DNA of 64,000 nucleotides from the NCBI GenBank assembly GCA_010093815.1, contig ML996569.1, one strand, 5' to 3'. Origin of the DNA: Pseudovirgaria hyperparasitica. Lineage: Eukaryota. The stretch's first letter is position 1; each line of letters starts with the position of its first letter. The position numbers and the translations under genes are program-made. Shown piece by piece: positions 52,057-64,000 of the stretch. Under the pieces are notes generated by a model. It saw only the letters and a list, made by a program, of their open reading frames with translations. It was not told the DNA's origin and did not search any database.

Positions 52057-53999
52057 GTTGATTGTGTGCACAACGGGCACGGGTCGGGTTGTCGAAGTTG
52101 CTGTGAATTGTTTGGCTGAGGACTTGAAGTAGATAACGAATCCTTGCGGGCCGGCACAAAGTCAAGTGAAACGACTGGAAGGTTTGCGGCCGATCCTGGG
52201 TACTTTGCTACAAAATGAATGAATGAGCAATATACGCTAGAGGACGCGCATGCATAACGACGTAAGGGCGCATTGTTATTTAAGAATCTGTACGACACCG
52301 CCAAACACTGCCGCAATGCACGCACCTCGACGGCGTACGTCCGAATGTTGGAAGTTGGAGCTTACTCGTTTACAGCATGGTTCATGGATGGACATTCGAA
52401 ACACCGCCATGTCACCATACACGCCCTACCACCGTCGTCTTTCTATACCTGATGCGGATGCGATCGGCACACCGCATGTCTGCATTCTCCATCTCAAACG
52501 CTGCAACTCTATGATTCTTTTTAGAATTGCCTCACTCAATCTCAACGCATACCTCGGAGGTGTAAGTTCTCTTTGCTGAGGCATGACTGTCCGTCTAGCT
52601 TCCAGGGTACTTGTACGTGGAACAAGCAAGGTATTCGAGGATGAGGTGCAGGATCAGGATGCTGACGAAAGAGACAGGTGGCCTGGAGATGCATCCTTCA
52701 GTTAGTCAGACACGCGCAGATGGGGGTCATCAGCGTGAAGCGCAGATCACTATTTCCGGGCCGATCCGGTAGGTCGATCATGAAGTGAACGTTGGGTCTG
52801 ACATGTACCCCAGGATTCCCAGGAACGGCGACGTATGTCCGAGCAACTCCACACCGCAAAAACAAATGAGTTTCTCTCAGCATTTACTCTTTCTTGAAAT
52901 ACGCAACATTGATTCCTTTTCGTCTAGCGCGGATAACCTTAGTGTGTTGCAAGATCTCTGAAACTCGAGCTTCAGGCAGGTTTTGTAGCGTAATTGCCTT
53001 CTACAACAGAATGGTTGTAAGTGTTCGTCACTATCCATGGTAAAATTGGAAATCCAGACGAGGATCCAAGTAGGTCACGATTCTTATGAAAAGCCTTTTT
53101 TTATTGCAAGAGACGTCTGTAGATAGCTCACATGATGCTCTTCGTACTGCTAAATGACTCAGAGAGCACATTTGCGCTGATGACGATACTCGAGATTTTG
53201 AATAAAGAACACCTACCTCGGCTGAAAACAGTAGTCAGAAGATTGGTTTGTTGTGATACTGGTTGATAGAGTAATACAATAGGCACATCATATCAGAAGG
53301 GATACGGTAGAAAATAGATAAAGTTTGATGTAGAAATATATATAGATTGGAAAACAACATTACACAGAGATGTATTTGTTCTTGTTTTGAATGATGACGA
53401 ATGTTGACTGCGATCCTTCAGTCAGACTTTATAGGAGGCTATCGTCGTCCTAAATACGATAACTTCTGGGAGATCAATATTGTCATCTCCAATATTGGTC
53501 ATCGACTGAACACCAGATTCGTGGTACTTTGATTCATGTAGACTATAGCTTCGAGGTCAGAAATGTACTCAATTTAGATATGCACAACGATGGGTTGCCT
53601 CCTAAGAGTGGTATTTCCAGCTTTGTTTGCTATAGTGTAAATTAACAGCGCCAGAGTATTATAACACTATGTTCGATTCTCATAATAGAGCCGCATAGCT
53701 CCCAAACAACTCTTATCAATCTTCTCGCTCACACACACCCTCATTCCACCAAATATGATACTCCTACTTCTACTAAGAAATGTTCTTACAGAGACTATCT
53801 CTATTTACCGAACTTTACTTGATTTAATGCCAGGTCTCCTCATGGTATTCTATATTCTAATACGTAAGACTCTTCACCTCATTGATATTCTAGTCCCCCT
53901 CCTCGGTGCTTTTTGGTATATTTGGTATGCGCTCGTGTTGTGTAAGCATCGAGTGATTCCGTATCTTCAGTCTTTCCCAATGCTTCGGACATTGAAAAT

Positions 54000-54900
54000 C
54001 TGGTCGCAAGTGATGAATCAATCGGGGACCAAGGTAGCTTAGCGAGAGAGCTGCAGGAAGAGCCAAAGTCGTAATTTGGAACGTGGACGAGTACGTCAAG
54101 TTTGATCTCTTCTATAATACCAAGGAATAAGTTTCTTATTCGTGTGGCCTGTGACGTTACATCTTCGACGAGTACGGCTACAAGTAGTACAACTGCATAT
54201 CCGGTACAGCTCAAAGTCGTACGCAGCCATGCTATTCATCGTATTTGGAGCATCACTACCAAGAAGATCTTTAATGCTGAGAAAGTGTCTTTATTCTCGT
54301 CTTTATTGCCATCTGATATCATGCGTGAGATCGTGGGACACGTAGTTGGCCCCAGAAGTACTATGTTATAACTCCTAGACTGTAACAATGAAAAGAAATA
54401 GATGGCATCATAAAAGATAGTTGAATATCTTAGCAAAAATGCCAAAAAGTGGTTCACGAGGTAGGAATCGAACCTACAACCTCCTGTATGACATCCGTGG
54501 TGGCACTGCCGGGAGACAACCAGTACTACGACTTCGCCATCCCCCCGAAAACCGTCAGAGAACCCGTGAACGAAATCAATTGTTTGCCGCAATATATAAA
54601 CGGCTAGGAATTTGAACGGGTAGGCAACGGCTGGTGAAGGTTCCACGAGCGTACTATGCCAAAAAGTCTGCATTCACTTGGCTAGTGTCATGTCAAGACT
54701 TCCTGGTGTCTCCAGACCGAGAATCTTTCTGCGTCTCCATCACTCTTGCTTTGGCAGTTTCCACAAGGGAATTTCGCTCGAGCGCTTCTGTTTGCTCCAT
54801 ATACGGAGATTATTAAGCCTTCGTCATATAACCGTGTGAAACAAGCCGTTGTTTTTACTGACATCTACAGCGAAACGGTGTATTGCAGCGTACAATTCGC
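54000..54900 (+). pseudogene. Possible degenerate gene of unknown family
   Basis: One coding-looking frame interrupted by many TAA/TAG/TGA stops compatible with C-to-T mutation. No domain recognised. Confidence 0.25.
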
Positions 54901-56104
54901 GCTCCACACGATGACCACCACCGCCTAGCCTGGATCTGTAGAAGACTTGATGGAGAAGCATCGTAGTGAGTTGTCATACTTATCACCGATGTAGGGTACT
55001 AACATCGTTCATAGCACTAGAACCCAATGACTCGCAAGAATTGAACGGGTCACACATATCTGCTAATAAACTCAGCTTCCGACTCCCTCAAGATGGCATC
55101 ATAGGAAAAAGGAGGCAAAAAGCAGAAAGGAAACAAGAGAGTGATTTCTGGACATTACGTAAATTGAACAAAGGTATACAGGAATTCCAGGACCAGATAC
55201 TATTACTGGAATCTAGAAGCACTAGGAGGAAAGAAACCTATCCAGAGCACGTACATAATCGGTACGTGGCCTTTCTAACCTGCAAGAGGTATGCGGCGTA
55301 GCCAATGGAACTATGAAAAGACCGCCACTGGATCGATTGGGCATTAAACTAGACAGGAGTAAGAAGGGAACAGTAGTATATGTTAAGATTGATTACGGGC
55401 TTGAGATAGACGAACAACTTGACAGCTTGGAAGTCTCTCCGTCAAGAGGCCCACACAATTCAAGGGGTCTTAGGAGTTTGAGACGTAACGGTAAATGTAA
55501 GAACGTTGTTCCGTCCCAAGAGACCGAAAAATTAAAAGAGACGTTGAACGGCAAATAGACGCAACCCATCCGGAACAGAAAAATTTATTGCCTGTAAGGC
55601 AGAAGATAATTGGTGTAGGACACCCACATCGAGGGCCAGCTGATGATAGAGCAATAGTGCTACCTTTATAACATCAAAGATGAAACGCGGCGCGTGATGT
55701 TAAGTCAGAGTACCCTCGAAATGGCTTGAATAACAACTGATAATAGGGCCTGTGTGTTATATGATTCAATGCCGCTATGAAAGGAAATCAGTCCATCTGA
55801 AATGAATGTGTCCCCTTTTATGAGGGAGAAGGGCGAGGAGATGGTGTGAAAGTAGAAGAAGATTTGAAAGTGCTCGTGTGTATCAAATGTGATAGCTAGC
55901 GCGGCCCCGGCCCCTCTGCTCCCCAGGGGCTATTAGTACTGCTATTTAACAGTGGATGATGGATGGGCGAAAGGCGCGTCGCCCTTATCTTGCCCACGCG
56001 ACTTTCTTATCGATAAGGTTGGCACCCTTCGCGAACCAAAACAACCTCATGTTCATGCCAACAGCATTCAGTAACTCTTACATGTCAAGCCCTTCTTTGA
56101 GAAT

Positions 56105-57831
56105 ATGGGTGCCCCACCGACAGATGTGAGTAGTATCCACGGTCTCACGATAGCCAGTTGCTAAATTGCGCAAAGTCTCAAGTCACACCGCTGCCTACCA
56201 ATCTTCCCTTCCGCTTCGTCTCGAAGACAATCGGCCAGGGCGCATACGCATCGTATGACATATATGAGCTCAACGAGGGACTAGCATTGCTCTAACTCGT
56301 ACGTCGCAGGATACGAAAAGCCTGCCCGCTCGACAAGCCTGCTCCAATCATAGCAATAAAACTCATTAATAAACGCCATGCCCACACCCAAGGCAAGCTA
56401 TCCCCGAAGCAATTGAAGACTGAAATCACACTGCACGAATATCTCGGGAAACACCACAATATAATACAATGCTTTGGCTCTGGTGAAGATGCCTGCTGGA
56501 CATGGATAGCCATGGAATTGGCTGACGGGGGCGACCTGTTCGACAAGATTGAGGCAGACGAAGGTGTGGGAGAGAACATTGCACATTTTTACTTCACACA
56601 ACTATTAAGTGCAGTTGGATATATGCACAGCATGGGTGTGGCACATCGAGATCTCAAGCCTGAAAATGTGCTACTGAGCGCAGATGGAGATTTGAAACTG
56701 GCAGATTTCGGACTCGCGGCGCTGTTTGAGAAGTCAGGAAAGACAAGATTATGCACCACAGTTTGCGGAAGTCCACCATACATTGCACCGGAGATAGTTT
56801 CTGGAAAGAAATTGAGAAACAGTGGCAATTCAGATGTGGGATACGCAGCTAATATCGCCGATATATGGTCCGTTGGTGTTGTGCTTTTTGTCTTACTTGT
56901 TGGGAACACACCTTGGGATGAACCTACGGCACGAAGCTATGAGTTCCAAGAATACGTAACGACTAAAGGCCATACCACCGACGAGCTATGGCAGAAGCTT
57001 CCACAAGATATCCTATCACTCTTGCGTGGCATGCTGAGAGTTGATCCTCACAAACGCTTCACCCTCGATGAAATTCGCACACACCCCTGGTACACCCGCC
57101 AAAACCGATTCCTCTCAGCTTCAGGTAAAGCCGCAGATCCCATCAATATGGCGACACAAATGATGGAATCGCTTCACGTCGACGTCAATGCGCCCATATC
57201 TACATCACAGCAACGAGGCAACTCGCAGCATGACTCAATGGAAATAGATACGCCTGTTGCAGAACACATATCACGGCTTGCGGCCACTCAGCCAGAAACG
57301 CCTACTTCAGACACGCCTTTTGACTGGGAGAGGCCTGTACCGGTTGCAAGTCAGCCTGTGACGAACGGCTCAACATACATCATACCGGATGTGAGCCTCA
57401 TGACTCGCTTCAATGAAGACCTCTCACTCAGCCAATTCTCGCAAAATCCATCCGTCCCTCTATCTCTCACACAGGCGGCGCGCAAGTTCGGTGATATCGT
57501 GCCGTCGCATTCGCTCACGCGCTTTGTGTCAGCCCTGAAACACTCTTTACTTTTGCCACTTCTGTCAGAAGCGTTGCACCGCCTTGGTGTACCAATCCCA
57601 GCATTTGGTGACAGGGAATTAACGGGGCAGGAAACCATGGTTTGGATTAGAGTCAAAACGGTTGATGGGCGGAGCCAAGGTCTGAACGGTCAGATCGTTG
57701 TCGAGAGGCTGGGGACAGAATTCTTGCAGGTTAGCTTCGAGCGTAAGAAAGGCGATCCGTTGGAATGGAGGAGGTTTTTCAAGAACGTAGTAGTGCTGTG
57801 TAGGGATGCTGTGCTGAGGCCAGCAGAGTAG
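56105..57831 (+). CDS. CHK1: Checkpoint kinase Chk1, 3 exons (first exon uncertain)
   Basis: SQVTPLPTNLPFRFVSKTIGQGAYAS|IRKA, GGDLFDKIEADEGVGE, HRDLKPEN, DFG, CGSPPYIAPE, C-terminal KGDPLEWRRFFK. Confidence 0.93.
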
Positions 57832-57997
57832 AATTGCTAGTGGCGATACCATCATATCCGACCGAACTATTGTGTGGTACTGACGGGCTTATCTTGGGTA
57901 GAATGACTTGTATTGTAATTAATAGCCGCCTACGTATCGAGCGACCATTCGTAGTAGGAGAGTAGCGCCCCTCAGGGCAATGACGAAATTATCAGTC

Positions 57998-60900
57998 TCA
58001 AGGCTGATATGCTTTTGCCAATTCATCTTCTCCAACATTTGTCCATTCACGCAGCAACTCGTCTAACTCGTCGTCGTCACTCTCTCCGTCAGCCTGTTGT
58101 GAAGCATCCACTCTAGTCAAATCGGACCCGGGAAGTGGACTCAATACGCTAGGACCGCATGCTGCTGCAGCTGCTCCACGAACTGTGCCTTGATATTTAC
58201 CAAAAGAATAAGACCTTGATAGCATAGTCTCGGACCGGCCCCGACTTCGTGGAAGGCGGTGTATCGAATCTGGTCTATCACTTTCATCGGTACCCCTGGA
58301 TCGTCCTCGAGATTGTGCTCTGTCGGTAGAGCTGGAGTCGGTATTTTCCCTGTCGTATATTTCCACATCTACATCAGACTGACCATCGCGTGACTGTGGG
58401 TAAGGACTGTCATATACGGAATTTTGGCTCGACGGTCTCTCATTGCCGGTCCTTGTATCGTCAATCTTCTGTGTCGAGGCTATTTCTGTGCTTGAGAATG
58501 GAAGGCCGGTCTGTTGTTTGAATCGTTCACGACTCCAAGTTGGTCCTGCGGACTTGAGCACAGGGATTTCGGATGGAAAATCTGTGGAAGTAGGTGCTTC
58601 GTGTGATAACCTAGCTGCCGCCGCCGAAGCCATAGTGTATGACGCCCGCTCTCGCTCGTGTAGAGCTGGGACAGCCGGGGAGTTTGACCCGAAACCATAC
58701 TCTGGGCATGTGGAAGCTGATTGGCCGCCAAAGCTCAGCCGTTCTGGGATTGCCGATTGTGTAGGAGAGAGCAACCGGGGGCCGTGTGGATAGGTCTCGG
58801 CATCTTTCGAACTGGTGCTATGTCCCAATGTGGCAGATTCAACGGGGGTCCCCAGTGAGTTCATCTCGTCCGCCCATTCCCCCAAATCCTGGTTTTCGAG
58901 AAATTGTCCTAACGACATGCTGCCCTGTCGGACTTTGGTTGGTCCTCTGGAGTATTTCAGAGCGGTGTCAACCACCTGTCCGCTACTAATCTGTCTCTGG
59001 ACCATGTGATGACTCGGATCATAGCAATGTAAACCAGCCTTGGCGCAGGTGTTGCAAAGATCGTAGTCGCCATCGTCACAGAGGTTGCAGTGCAAGTGTT
59101 CGTTCCATATGCGCTGTCGACACTGATCGCAACAAATATACGTCTCGGGGCCTGTAACGTGAGAAGCAGCAGCAGACACTCCAATATTCGGTTTTGCTTC
59201 TTGCTCTGTCGGTGGCTTGATAGAATGCAGAGCCTCTACATGTTGCGACTGAACATCCACCCCTCGACAAGGTGGTACGCGTGCGTGTCGCTCGAAACTC
59301 TTGACGCAGTTTCTACAAGGCGTTTGTATATCGCACTAATCGTGATGTGAGTGACAAGATTAGAATCGGCAGGTTTCAGCGATGTGTAGCTAACCTTAAT
59401 TTTGCGACGGCGACAAGAGTCACAATTTTTCATCGTACGGAGAGCTTGAGCTGCCTCACGAGCGGCAGGAGTAAGAGGACCAGAACGCCCACGAGTATGT
59501 CGAGACGTGTATTTGTTATAATCTAGGGATTCTGGCATTAAGCGACCGTTTCTATGCTCGTCAGGCTTATACTGGATCCATTGAGGAGCTGGGGAAGAGC
59601 TGGCTGCCGAGGATGACCGACGACGGTTTCGTTCATTTCCCGTCGTCTGTGGGATCCTGATCGAAGTGGAGGGGGTGCTCTTTCCGGCGGCAGTAGAATC
59701 TATCTCATTGAAAATGATATGCGACTTGTGGCGCAATGCGCGATTTTCTCTAATCCTATGATTACGTTTGTCTGATTCCGGTTCAACGGAAGAATAGGAT
59801 GTCTCTGGCCCCTGGGATGACCTTGGATGTTGTACCGAGGGCCTGGGGTGTGGCGGAGGTGACTGACCGATGGATTCATGCCAGCTTTCACGCCCCCATT
59901 CACGTTCTCCCACCATTTCTGGAGATGGAATCGTACTGTAACGTGCAGGATGCCGCTCTAGTGCATGAAGTGCGATAGGTGGCTGGTATGGTGCAGATAC
60001 TGTCGCCACATTGGGCAATACACTAGACATCTGAGAGTATGGAGGCCGCTGGGGAGAATCTAAAAACCCCGGGTCTGGAAACCCCCTCAAAGATTCTCCA
60101 TTTCCATAAACGTTTGATAGGCGTGATATTCTATGGTCGGTGCCAATTGGTCTTTCGTGGAGGCTGGGTGGCCGAGTGACCAGAGTACGACGATCAAATG
60201 GGGGGGTTCTTGACCTACGTTCCACAAGACCGGCCACGGTAGCGCTGGCAAGACTCACTTGAGCTACTCCTCGGCCCCTATACTCAGGATCCTTTCGGCT
60301 CGGTTCACGGTATGTGCCATTCGGAATATCAACATCATACGAAACATTGCGTGGTACTGAAGAGACATCCCTACCATATGGCAAGCCCTGCTTACCGTCA
60401 GGCTTTGACGCCCTATACTCGCAAGAGAGGTCTCTGCGAACACATCGACCACACCGGGGAGTCTCGTCATCGCACTAGGACCTGTCAGTGGACCCATTGG
60501 TGCTTGAAATCCCTGAAGATGGGGTACATCTTTTTGGACCTACCTTCCTTCTGTCGGCTCTACACGTTCTACACCCGCGCATATAGGCCAAACGTGTGGA
60601 TGCTTTGTGGCCTTTCGATCGAGCTTCGATACCGACGTGGATGCATAAAATCCCCCTGTTATCGCAATAGCCGCACGAAGAAGCTCTCTGATTATACTGT
60701 CATTAGGTTAGCCAGACCTACTCTTTCTAATGCATGGATAGAACATTGGATCTGGTAGCTACCTTGATTTTATTGGTAGATGAATGTTTCTCGGTGCCAT
60801 CGATGATTGTGTCTAGAGCATCTCGGGTCTTCGCATATGCTGCTTGTAATTGCATCTCGGCCTCGATGGTCTGAGTAGTCTGTCCAGCATACTGATCGAG

Positions 60901-61931
60901 CTGGCTTTCTACCACTTCGATATTTTGGAGAAGTGACTGGATGTGCTGTATACAAAGCGCGAGGGACTCGTTCGTGATCAGTCCTCGTTTGTCACGTCCA
61001 GTCCTCAGTAACTTAGGACTACCAACACCAGGTGTTGTAAGGGTTTTGTCAATGCTCATGGTGTTGCCTTCTTGATCAACGCTCGCATTGAGATCCAAAT
61101 CTCGGTTCAAATTCTCCAAGTCGTTGTGGTTGGCGTTGTCCTTGTTTGGTACGGCAAGACTAGACACAAAGGCAGTGAAGGTTTTGATACCCAGGCTAGG
61201 CATAGCCTTTGGACCAGGCTGCATCCGCTCGGGGGGCTCTAAGTCCCTTTTTCACATTAGTACAACGATAATACATCACTAGCTTCATGTCTTACTCAAC
61301 GAGTGTGCTGTCTTCACTGGAACTCGTCGCTTTCATTGTGTCCTCGTATCGTTTGATAGCGGCCTTCTTAGCTTCTATAAGGCGTTTTAGTTCCTTCCGC
61401 TGTCTCAGGACTTCAGCCCTGTCTTGATCACTGGAGCACTCATTAGCAATCGAAATATCTTCGACGGAATTAGTTGCGATCTTGATCTTACTTGTTTCGC
61501 ACCATTTGCGCGTGTAGAAGAGCCTGCATCAGAAGTTGAAGTGTGCTTTTCCATCGGTCCAAGTTGGCACGTAGAAGTTGTATCTTGCTGTCTTTGAATG
61601 GCATGGTAAATTTGGCCATACGGCTGTCCTTGCTTCTTGCTACGATCGCCTCAAGCTCATCAAACACATAGCGACATTCCTTAACTGCACTTTCAGCAGT
61701 CTGGATTGAGCTAGCAGTCATGACCTGGGCTGTGCCATTCTGTGAAAACGTATGACCCAACTCTTGAATGACAGCAGATGTAAGCTCTACATCTCGAGCG
61801 ATGGCTTTGATTCTCTTATCGGCCCCTGAGACAGAGTCGACATACTCGTAAAGAATGACGGAAAGTTGCAGGCCAGCTCCGGCGAGCTGCACAATTGATG
61901 CAGCGACTCCAACTGCGGCGATTGCCTCCAT
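57998..61931 (-). CDS. Multi-exon protein: fungal HeLo-like/STAND N-terminal domain + one degenerate and two intact Zn(II)2Cys6 clusters + ZZ zinc finger
   Basis: MEAIAAVGVAASIVQLAGAGLQLS...IARDVELTS; CRTCRADRRK|CDDETPRCGRCVRRDLSC; CDSCRRRKIK|CDIQTPCRNC..C; CCDQC..HCNLCDDGDYDLCNTC..HC..H; tail ELDELLREWT. Canonical introns keep the frame. Confidence 0.75.
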
Positions 61932-62354
61932 GCCTATTGTACTGAAATGTGATATAGCGACAGATTCATTCTTGTATGGAATTGAGTCACAAGCATCTGG
62001 GGTTTTGTTTTTGAAACAGAGCAAGTGGACAAAGACTAGAAACACGATTTACTTGTAGACATCTGAAGGAGGCGAAGTATTCGCAGGCATCTTTCAGCTC
62101 TCACCTAAAAGTGATACGAAATTACATGAGACAACCCAGGTCGAGGCTGAGCAGGGGGGGCTTTGAGGGATCTAGATCGTGATGCCTCAGGCATGAGTAT
62201 TAGAGCTTCCCGACGCGTGCCGAGCTAAGCTCCATCGACGCGACTTTATGATGATGTAACGCGCGTCTTACAACCTTTGAACCTTCCTCTAACGAGCATA
62301 AACACTCCACCTCTTCCACAGGACATTCTACATCCCTATTCACTCCAGACAAGT

Positions 62355-63119
62355 ATGTTGGCGACACAGTTGATGTTCATGCCGCAATCTTTTGCACCCG
62401 CCCGCTCGTCACCACTCTCGGAACGATCCTCCAATGCGTGCCCGCGGCGGTATAATTCTGCTATCATGTCGCAAGCACAAGACGCGAAGCAGCAGGTCCC
62501 CTACTCGAAGCGCTCCATTAAGCAAGCTCCTATAAATCGTGGCCGAGAGGAGGTTCGCGATAAGAGACGCGATTTATTCTTGAAAAAAGTGAAAGAGGGC
62601 CGGGAGGACCGGAACTGGGAGGCGAAGGGCGAACAGGTAAGAAATATAGCCATACTCCTGCAACTGTCGATGCTGACCATTCACTAGATCCTGAGGATGG
62701 ACTTCATGAAAGAGCAGAAGAAATGGGAGACCGAGAAGGCGCGCTCCGCGCCAAAGTTTGATGAATTCGCCGAAGACGACGAACCACAGGATGAGATCAT
62801 GCTTAGCAGCCAGCCATACCAAACACATCCATCATTTCAAACGTCAAGTTTAAATTCGGCCCTGGCTTCACATCACGAAGAAGCTGAGGCTGAGGCCCTT
62901 CTCCGGCAAGAACAGGAAGAGCTTGACGCAATGCTGGCCGCTATAGAGGACCAAGAAAATATAGAGCAAGCATACCAACTTCCTTCACATTTTGGTAGTG
63001 ATGATGAAGATTATGACAGCTTATTCATGGACTATCTCTCCACCCAAGAGGATCAACACGGCATCTTACGAGAGCCCGAGCTATCGAAACCTGTGGATGA
63101 CGAGATGGACACGTCGTAG
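62355..63119 (+). CDS. Conserved-looking fungal hypothetical protein with an acidic C-terminus, 2 exons
   Basis: RSSPLSER...RRDLFLKKVKEGREDRNWEAKGEQ|ILRMDF; intron 62637-62687; FGSDDEDYDSLF. Confidence 0.75.
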
Positions 63120-63213
63120 CATCCGACTTCCATCATATTCAAGCGGGCAGGGAATGGGGGAGTTAGAAAATGGTCATGTGGCGTTAATGGATTGTACAAA
63201 TTTATATGAATTG

Positions 63214-64000
63214 TTACTGCTGCGGACAGCCCTCGTCCATACCAGCAAGAGCTTCGGCGGCGGCATTTGTGTCCCCGACCAAGTCTGGTGGCGGTGCGCC
63301 TACAGACTGCATCTGTAACGATATTAGCAAGAAATTTTGCATGGATAGGAGTTTTGCTAACTTTCTGCATTCTCTCAACAATATATTCCCTGGCCTTCGG
63401 CTCCTTGTCACTGTAGTTCTTCTCCTCGAACTTAGCTGTGATCTCCCCGACGAGCACTTGCTGCTGCTCATATCGTTTTAAATCCTCCTTCGAGACCTTG
63501 TCCTTGTTTTGTATCATCCAATCCGGGAACTTGTCACTTAACTCTTTCATAGGCTCGTACAGGACGTCCTTGTTTGTGAGCTCTTCCATCATATCCGTCA
63601 GCAGTTTAGCGAAGCCCTCCTCACCACCCCCTCCCTCCTTCGCCATCTCTGCGAGTAGCTGCGCCATCATGTCATCCCCAAGATCAGCACTGCTAGATGC
63701 TTCCGCACTAGCTTGGTCCCCAGATTGCTGCATCCGCTCCATAGTCTTACGTATCGTCTCTTGGAACGAAGCTTCAGTAGCCTTGGATGACGCGGATGGG
63801 TCTCCTGCATTTGACGATCCAGGAACAGCTGTATCTTCACTTCCTCCATCAGCTGATGTGGCAGCTGCATCCCCAAGCTCCTTCATGAGGGTCTCGAATT
63901 GTTTTTTCATATCTGGAGAGTCCTTGAACTCCCCTAGCAGATCTGCCATACCCTTCTGCAGCTCTTTCTGAAAGTCATCGTCCGCGAAATGGAATGGTGA
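63214..64000 (-). CDS. PEX19: Peroxin 19 (3' part; 5' end lies beyond the window)
   Basis: SFQETIRKTMERMQ, MMEELTNKDVLYEPMKEL..KFPDW, RYEQQ, MQK|MQSVGAPPPDLVG, C-terminal CaaX CPQQ. Confidence 0.95.

Overview
This is a filamentous ascomycete (Pezizomycotina-type) genomic window with spliceosomal introns. Two gene-rich flanks surround a 29.4 kb AT-rich, RIP-mutated transposon nest at 17388-46840. The left flank carries an flbA-like RGS gene, two divergent tandem paralogues, a myo-inositol transporter, a low-complexity ORF and glutathione reductase. The right flank carries a small conserved gene, QCR7, a Cce1/Ydc2 resolvase, CHK1, a HeLo-like/multi-Zn2Cys6/ZZ gene, a conserved hypothetical and PEX19. 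The nest can be resolved from its target-site duplications. The outermost element is a ~3.5 kb IS630/Tc1-type (DD34E) DNA transposon with 100-bp TIRs and a second, convergent ~598-codon gene. It contains a truncated Tad1-like LINE and chromovirus Gypsy-A copy 1; that copy contains a tRNA-headed SINE and Gypsy-B, which in turn contains Gypsy-A copy 2. The most striking signal is that both Gypsy families carry, between pol and the 3' LTR, an antisense three-intron gene with a Zn2Cys6-like Cys motif, a basic NLS-like patch and a C-terminal coiled coil, with introns at matching positions. All protein readings inside the nest are manual de-RIP inferences, and no database searches were possible.
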